A stretch of 64,000 bases of DNA from an uncultured Chloroflexia bacterium (GTDB lineage: Bacteria; Chloroflexota; Anaerolineae; Promineifilales; Promineifilaceae), in assembly GCA_963701435.1 (NCBI GenBank), contig CAVPAL010000010.1:200100-264099 (forward strand), given 5' to 3'. The position numbers and the translations under genes are program-made. Position 1 is the stretch's first letter. Every line of letters starts with the position of its first letter. Of the stretch, positions 58,508-64,000 are shown piece after piece. A model generated the notes under the pieces. The model saw only the letters and a program-made list of their open reading frames with translations. It was not told the origin of the DNA and did not search any database.

Positions 58508-58879
58508 TTATGAACGGCTGCTAAGCAAAACGGCAATGCCGCCAAAAACAAAAACCAGCGGCCACAGGGTTCCCCAGCTCAAATTAAAAAAGGTTGTTAC
58601 TAAAATTGTGATGAGAAACAACCCACCGACCAGCGCGCCACTGCTTGTGGAGGAAAGACGGCCGTTTTCACGATAATCGTTCCAGACCGCAGCGGCCATA
58701 AACGCGAGCGGCGTTACCAGGAATACAGCCCACCAATTTGCAAATTCAAACCCGCTAAATTTACTGATCAACAATCCGACGCCAACCACAATCAACACGA
58801 CGGCCGGAATCCATTGTAGACTGCGCGGCTCAATACGCTTATTTTCGGCCTGCTTTAATTCGTTCAATTCACTGTTCAT
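58508..58879 (-). CDS. Four-TM membrane protein (LiaF/LiaI-like TM region, tentative)
   Basis: GGAGG lies 5 nt before the ATG at 58879. The hydrophobic pattern is similar to the 60312 gene. Confidence 0.55.
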   Translation of the reverse strand: MNSELNELKQAENKRIEPRSLQWIPAVVLIVVGVGLLISKFSGFEFANWWAVFLVTPLAFMAAAVWNDYRENGRLSSTSSGALVGGLFLITILVTTFFNLSWGTLWPLVFVFGGIAVLLSSRS

Positions 58880-59093
58880 AATAACCTCCAATGTGATTTA
58901 AAATTTAAGATGCTTCTATGGTACATTTTGAGCAGGCAAAAGTAACCCACCGGGCGGTGGAATTGTGATTATCGGGCGATGGATTGTGGCGTCAGCCAGG
59001 CGGATACGGCCGTATCAACCGATCGGTTGACTGCCGGGAGATTTTGCCTGCTAATCCGCCCGACCATACAATACCAGCAGAGGAAATTGACCC

Positions 59094-60239
59094 ATGCAAA
59101 TTGACCCGCAAGCCGCCCGACAAATGTTGACCATGCTCTTGCAGCCGTGGCATACGGCCGTTTCCAATCCCGCCAACGCCCAGGAAACCGTACTCCATAC
59201 GCTGCTAAAAGGATACAGCCAGACAACCTATGGCAAAGACCACAACGCCGGCCTGATTGACACTGTGGCCGATTTCCGCCGCGCCTTCCCCGTTATGACC
59301 TATGAAGATTACAAACCCTTGATTGATCGTGTCATGGCGGGTGAGGTTGAACTGCTCCTGAATGAAGAACCGGTCGGCTGGGCCATCACGCGCGGCACGA
59401 CTAAAGGGGAATCCAAATTCATTCCCATGACGCCCACTGACCTGCGCCAGCGCATTAGCGCCGGCCGCGCCATGATGAATTATGTGCTGGAAAATGAGCG
59501 CTTCGAGCTGTTTGACGGCGTCAATCTCAATCTAAACTTTCCGTCCGTGGTCGGCAAAGTGGATGTCGGCGGGCGTGAGGTTGAATATGGCTACAGCTCC
59601 GGAATATATGCCAAACATGTCTCCACCTTCACGCCCATTCGCTCTGCGCCGAGCCAGGAAGAAATCGACGCGCTGGGCGGCGGCAAGACGCTGCGCGATT
59701 GGAGCAACCGCTTTGAACTGGCGCTGGAACTATGCCGCGATCAAAATGTGACCCTGGTGGGCGGCGTCTGTCCTACTACCCTGGAATTCGGCCGTTATCT
59801 GCATCGCACTCACAAACAGTACCCCAAAGATTTATGGCGGACGCAAATTATGACGCTCGGCAGCACGCCCGGCATCAATACCTATCACGCAGCGGCATTA
59901 CGCGCCATGTACGGGCCGGTAGTCATTCGCGAGATTTACGGCGCAACGGAAGGAATGTTTGGCCAGCAGCGTGACACACAGCGCGCCTGGGTTCCCAATT
60001 ATGATCTTTTCTTTTTTGAGGTGGATGTGCGTGGCGTTATTAAATCGCTACACGAAATGAAGCCGGGTGAGACGGGCAACCTGATTGTTTCTACCCTGAT
60101 ATTGCCACGCTACCGCATTGGGGATTTGATTCGCGCCTTTGAGCCACCCTATTTTCGCTGTATCGGGCGCGAGGCGTGGTGGGTTCCGCTGCGCTACGCC
60201 TGGCGCGAATTCAGCACGCTAAATCTAGGACGTTTATAA
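59094..60239 (+). CDS. GH3-family (acyl-adenylate/amido synthetase-like) protein, short form
   Basis: FRRAFPVMTYEDYKPLIDRV, TRGTTKGESKFIPMT, PRYRIGDLI. At 381 aa it lacks the usual C-terminal ~100 aa. Confidence 0.65.
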   Translation: MQIDPQAARQMLTMLLQPWHTAVSNPANAQETVLHTLLKGYSQTTYGKDHNAGLIDTVADFRRAFPVMTYEDYKPLIDRVMAGEVELLLNEEPVGWAITRGTTKGESKFIPMTPTDLRQRISAGRAMMNYVLENERFELFDGVNLNLNFPSVVGKVDVGGREVEYGYSSGIYAKHVSTFTPIRSAPSQEEIDALGGGKTLRDWSNRFELALELCRDQNVTLVGGVCPTTLEFGRYLHRTHKQYPKDLWRTQIMTLGSTPGINTYHAAALRAMYGPVVIREIYGATEGMFGQQRDTQRAWVPNYDLFFFEVDVRGVIKSLHEMKPGETGNLIVSTLILPRYRIGDLIRAFEPPYFRCIGREAWWVPLRYAWREFSTLNLGRL

Positions 60240-60311
60240 TAACATCAAAAATGCGGATTCCTCGTAAATCGATACGCGATTTGTCAAATCGCGCTGCAAT
60301 TTACATTCATT

Positions 60312-60791
60312 TCAAGACCTACGACGAAATAATCCTCCCAGTACAATCGCAAGCCCTACAACAATGAGAATTAAGGGCCAGATTAGGTTCCAGGTTCCCA
60401 GACCAAGCCCAAAAAAGACAATCGACAAAATTGCCGCGCCTAATACGGGTCGCCGGTAGGCCGGCATGAGCAGGCGTATAATCACTTCACCCAACAGCAG
60501 CGCGCCGGCGCCAATAAAAAATAACGACCACGCTTCCAACTGCATGATGGGTGTGTCAAATGGAAGTTCGGCCGTGGCGATGCCCAGCCGGTTTAAATAG
60601 ACGCTGATTGAATCTAGCCAGCCCAGGTTGTTGGCCAAAAATACGACGCCTGCCCAGATCAAAATCAAGGCCCAAACAATCGAACCCAGCGGATCGCTGC
60701 GCCCTTTTTCGTCCATTGACTTTTCTTCGTGTTTATTTAGCTCTTTTTCGTCTTTTTCCTGCTTCTTTTCGTCCTGCTCATGTTTGCTCAT
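60312..60791 (-). CDS. Membrane protein with Lys/Glu-rich N-terminus (LiaI/LiaF-TM-like, tentative)
   Basis: The ATG at 60791 has GGAGGGAACCG upstream. It has four TM helices. Confidence 0.6.
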   Translation of the reverse strand: MSKHEQDEKKQEKDEKELNKHEEKSMDEKGRSDPLGSIVWALILIWAGVVFLANNLGWLDSISVYLNRLGIATAELPFDTPIMQLEAWSLFFIGAGALLLGEVIIRLLMPAYRRPVLGAAILSIVFFGLGLGTWNLIWPLILIVVGLAIVLGGLFRRRS

Positions 60792-61051
60792 CGGTTCCCT
60801 CCAGCTCAAACCTGAAGACGGATGACGAAAGACGGAAACAACGGTCATTTGTCCTGCGTCTTTCGCCAAATCGTACGGTAACTAGTAGTCCGACAGACAA
60901 GTTTTGACGGGCTAACTCAAGTGGCACGGTCAGGAGAGCAGCCCTTCGGGACTGAGATGCGGCCACGAGCTATTCGGCAAAATAACATTGTCGTACTACT
61001 AGTACAGCTTGGGTTAAATAATCATACAGTACTTAATGATAGAGGAAGTAG

Positions 61052-61097
61052 GCATTCTCAAATGCCGGTTGGTGCAACGAGCCGCATTTGAGAATGC
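61052..61097 (-). other. Perfect 14-bp stem hairpin downstream of ppk1
   Basis: GCATTCTCAAATGC (61052-61065) pairs with GCATTTGAGAATGC (61084-61097). There is no U-tract. Confidence 0.5.
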
Positions 61098-61152
61098 TCT
61101 CTCCTCGGTAATTGCAAGTTAATTGACGCCTTCATGTACTAGCAAATTTAGT

Positions 61153-63390
61153 TTACGGCCGTTTCGCGCGTTTTTGGGCCCGTTTCATCAATATTTTGTG
61201 GAATTCGCGCTCAGATTCATCCGCATCCGGCCGGCGCAGCGTGTACTGCCCATCGGCATCCAACTCCCAGGCAAGGCGGTTGTCGGCCAGAGCCGTTTCC
61301 AATAATTCAATTAGTTTCGCCTGCAAGGCGGGGTCTTCAATGGGCGCAATCAGCTCAACCCGCCGCTTCAGATTGCGCGTACGCCAGTCGGCGCTGCCGG
61401 TGAAGGTGAGCGGTTCGCCGTTGTTGTGGAAATAATAGATGCGATCATGCTCCAGAAAGCGGCCCAATATACTCAGCACGCGGATATTGTCGCTGAAGCC
61501 GGGCAGGCCGGGGCGCAGCAGGGTGTGGCCGCGAATGATCAAATCAATCTGTACGCCGGCCTGAGAGGCGCGGTATAAACGGCGAATCATGCCGGGATCG
61601 TCCAGCGCGTTCATTTTGGCAATGATACGGCCGTCGCCCGCCGCCGCCTGGTTCTCAATTTCCTGCTCAATCAGCTGGTAAAATTGTTTACGCATATTGT
61701 CAGGCGCGACAAATGCCTTCTCATAACTTTGTTGGGGCGCAAAGCCGGTCAAACCATGATAGAGATTCACCAAATCACGCCCCAGCGCCGGATTGCACGT
61801 CAGCAGTCCCAGGTCAGTGTACAGGCGCGCCGTTTTGGGATGGTAATTGCCCGTACCAATATGGCAGTAAGTGCGGATCACGCCGTCGCTGTCCTGGCGC
61901 ACAACCAACGTGCTTTTGGCATGCGTCTTCAAACCTACCAGGCCGTAAGCCACATGTACGCCGGAATTTTCCAGCATGCGCGCCCACTCGATATTATTGG
62001 CTTCGTCAAATCGCGCTTTCACTTCCACCAGTACCGCCACCTGCTTGCCGCTCTCCCCCGCCTGCATCAACGCCTTGATGATGGGCGATTCGTCGCTGGT
62101 GCGATACAAGGTTTGTTTAATGGCCAAAACGCGCGGATCGGCTGCTGCTTCTTCAATAAAGCGCTGCACGCTCACGGCAAAGGAATCGTATGGATGGTGG
62201 ACCAGCAAATCCCCCTGCCTCATGATGGCGAACACGTCGCGGGTTTCCTTGGTTTCCCCCTCATGACGGAAAATATAGGGTACCGATGGTTCCCAGGCTT
62301 CAAAGCGCAGATCAGGCATCGCAAAATCAGCAAAAAAGAAACAATCGGTCAAATTGAGCAGCCCATCAACCTCAATCAAGTCCACGGCTTCCAGGTCCAG
62401 CTCGCGCATCAGCAGGCGGCGGTCATAAATAGGCATCGCCTGCGCCACCTCCAGACGCACAACGGGCGCAAAACGGCGCTCACGCAGCTCTTCTGAAATC
62501 ATGGCCAGCAAATCGTCCGCCTCCTCCTCATCTCGCCCCATATCTGCGTTACGCGTGATGCGGAAGGGATGCACACTGACAACATCCATGCCGGGAAAAA
62601 GCTCACCAATATGGTGGGCAATCAGTTGTTCGGCGGGCAGGAAACGCAACGGCCGTTCCCCATTCACCTCCTCCTTACCGTCCACCCAAATCCAGCGCGC
62701 CGTGGGAATCTTCAGGCGCGCAAAATGGGTTGTGCCCAGTTCGGGATGCTGCAAAATGATGGCCAGCGAAAGGCTCAGGTTTGAAATAAAGGGAAAAGGA
62801 TGGCCGGGGTCAACCGTGAGCGGCGTCAAGATCGGGTAAATTTGGGTGCGGAAATAGGTGTGCAGGCGCGCCTGCTGCTCAGGCGTGAGTTCATCATAAT
62901 CACAGATCAAAATACCGGCTTCCTGATACAGGGCCGGTTTGAGGGTCTGTTCCCAGGCGGCGGTCATCGTCTGGTGCATCAATTCAATCGCCGGCCGCAG
63001 CAGTTTGAGCTGTTCATGCGGGGTACGGCCGTCTACCGACAATTCGCGTACGTCGGCGGCTTCCTGCCGTTTGAGACCGCCAACGCGCTTTTGGGTGAAC
63101 TCATCCAAATTACTCGCGGTGATGGCCACAAACCGCACGCGTTCCAGCAGCGGCGTGCGTAGATCCAATGCCAGATGCAGTACGCGCCAGTTAAAATCGA
63201 GCCAGCTTAACTCCTGATTAAAATACAAATAGGGATGTTTAAACGTGGCGTCTTCCGGCAAGGCGCGCGGAACGACGGCTTTGGGCAGTAAAACGGCCGT
63301 TTCTGCCGGCGGCGATCCATTGTCAGACAAAATCGTTTCAACAGCTGATATTTCTGCATTCAGAGGGACAGTTAATTCTTGTGAGGACAT
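61153..63390 (-). CDS. ppk1: Polyphosphate kinase 1
   Basis: YFNQELSWLDFNWRVL, LDEFTQKRVGGL, and two PLD-like C-terminal domains (HAKSTLV...). The ATG at 63390 has GGTGGAG upstream. Confidence 0.9.
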   Translation of the reverse strand: MSSQELTVPLNAEISAVETILSDNGSPPAETAVLLPKAVVPRALPEDATFKHPYLYFNQELSWLDFNWRVLHLALDLRTPLLERVRFVAITASNLDEFTQKRVGGLKRQEAADVRELSVDGRTPHEQLKLLRPAIELMHQTMTAAWEQTLKPALYQEAGILICDYDELTPEQQARLHTYFRTQIYPILTPLTVDPGHPFPFISNLSLSLAIILQHPELGTTHFARLKIPTARWIWVDGKEEVNGERPLRFLPAEQLIAHHIGELFPGMDVVSVHPFRITRNADMGRDEEEADDLLAMISEELRERRFAPVVRLEVAQAMPIYDRRLLMRELDLEAVDLIEVDGLLNLTDCFFFADFAMPDLRFEAWEPSVPYIFRHEGETKETRDVFAIMRQGDLLVHHPYDSFAVSVQRFIEEAAADPRVLAIKQTLYRTSDESPIIKALMQAGESGKQVAVLVEVKARFDEANNIEWARMLENSGVHVAYGLVGLKTHAKSTLVVRQDSDGVIRTYCHIGTGNYHPKTARLYTDLGLLTCNPALGRDLVNLYHGLTGFAPQQSYEKAFVAPDNMRKQFYQLIEQEIENQAAAGDGRIIAKMNALDDPGMIRRLYRASQAGVQIDLIIRGHTLLRPGLPGFSDNIRVLSILGRFLEHDRIYYFHNNGEPLTFTGSADWRTRNLKRRVELIAPIEDPALQAKLIELLETALADNRLAWELDADGQYTLRRPDADESEREFHKILMKRAQKRAKRP

Positions 63391-63547
63391 TTCATGCTCC
63401 ACCAACGGCTAATCAACAATCACATTCCCTACAGTATAACAAGCAACCAGCCAAAACGGAAGATATGGCCGGCATGTCAAATAACCATTTTTCTGTACAA
63501 TCTTTATTGAAGCGTTTTATGAAGGACACACATTAAGCGCCGCCGAT

Positions 63548-63875
63548 TTGTTCGATCCTGAAAATCTGCGCAAGATTGCCAACGAGCTTTACCGTTTCCA
63601 CCAGCTTCAGCCTGAAAATTTATCTTATTGCCGTGGTGGTACGGCCTTTGAACCGTTTCTACATGCCGCCCTCCTGACACTTTCCCTTTGTGATAACCAT
63701 CACAGTCGTGCCGCTCACGACTTTGCTGCTCTTCTTCGTCGGATCGATTCGCGTGTTAACCCGGCCTGATGAAAGAAAGTTTGGCGGCTACTTGTTATTA
63801 AATGCGCTCGTTCCGCTGGTTGCAGTCGCAATTGGGCAGTCGATAGTATATGCTGTTTACCAGAACAATCCTTAA
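63548..63875 (+). pseudogene. Possible small membrane protein split by a frameshift (very tentative)
   Basis: ORF 63548..63769 and the hydrophobic ORF 63690..63875 would join with a +1 correction inside CTTTCCCTTT. Confidence 0.2.
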
Positions 63876-63887
63876 GATTGGGGTTCT

Positions 63888-64000
63888 CTAAAATCGCAGA
63901 CAAGCTGCATATAGTTCCTCTGCTTCGCGTTTGTTGGCCATAAAAGGACAGTACACTGCGCGCATATGCTCAAAGTATTTGCCCGTCTCTTGCGCGCCAA
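63888..64000 (-). CDS. 3' end of an unidentified gene running off the window
   Basis: An open frame reads ...GKYFEHMRAVYCPFMANKREAEELYAACLRF*, with a TAG at 63888-63890. Confidence 0.3.
   Translation of the reverse strand, partial: GAQETGKYFEHMRAVYCPFMANKREAEELYAACLRF

Noticed and set aside
1-64000. tRNA, rRNA, tmRNA or RNase P genes.
   Set aside because: I scanned for conserved T-loop (GGTTCGAATCC-like) and rRNA signatures and found none. A covariance-model scan would be needed to exclude small RNAs formally.

Overview
This is a 64-kb stretch of bacterial chromosome, mid-50s % GC by eye, with several low-GC (~40%) islets. Pro/Thr-rich linkers, lipobox lipoproteins, CSLREA/beta-helix surface proteins and GT39-like enzymes suggest a Chloroflexota-like organism, but that is a low-confidence inference. 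I support about 65 protein-coding units and see no rRNA, tRNA or CRISPR array.

Gene blocks:
- 1-4.5 kb: envelope and polyprenyl cluster (GT-C glycosyltransferase, PAP2 phosphatase, two UbiA prenyltransferases).
- 5.4-8.2 kb: DUF1003 protein, lone tyrosine recombinase, GATase1.
- 8.5-10.5 kb: repeat-rich surface protein plus a Gly-rich partner.
- 10.6-17.6 kb: housekeeping-type enzymes and an ArsR/AHSA1 pair.
- 18-23 kb: MarR plus a heterodimeric ABC exporter.
- 23.5-24.2 kb: vapBC.
- 25.2-28.7 kb: ~1140-aa LamG/beta-helix/FN3 surface protein carrying a Hint (bacterial intein-like, BIL) module.
- 29-30.4 kb: low-GC cassette-like genes.
- 30.9-33.4 kb: YgeY-DpaL fusion enzyme.
- 33.6-45.7 kb: co-directional ROK, duplicated-SBP sugar ABC, 2x Gfo/Idh/MocA, saccharopine-DH-like and PEP-utilising kinase cluster.
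- 46 kb: orphan GPP-C-methyltransferase-like gene.
- 47.3-49.5 kb and 54.9-58.9 kb: two NarL-type two-component modules, the second with an ABC-2 exporter and a LiaF-like protein.
- 49.7-54.8 kb: islet with small ORFs, a pseudo-receiver and GT4/six-hairpin/GH130 genes.
- 59-63.4 kb: GH3-like protein, membrane protein, ppk1.

Main signals not explained by genes:
- An extremely over-represented palindrome, ACGGCCGT (often AACGGCCGTT). I count about 75 copies by eye, on both strands, in all reading frames and in intergenic DNA.
- A 115-bp, TA-flanked, two-hairpin MITE-like repeat family. One copy carries a nested insertion with a TA duplication.
- An unusual number of split, truncated or decayed genes.

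All counts and identities are manual estimates.
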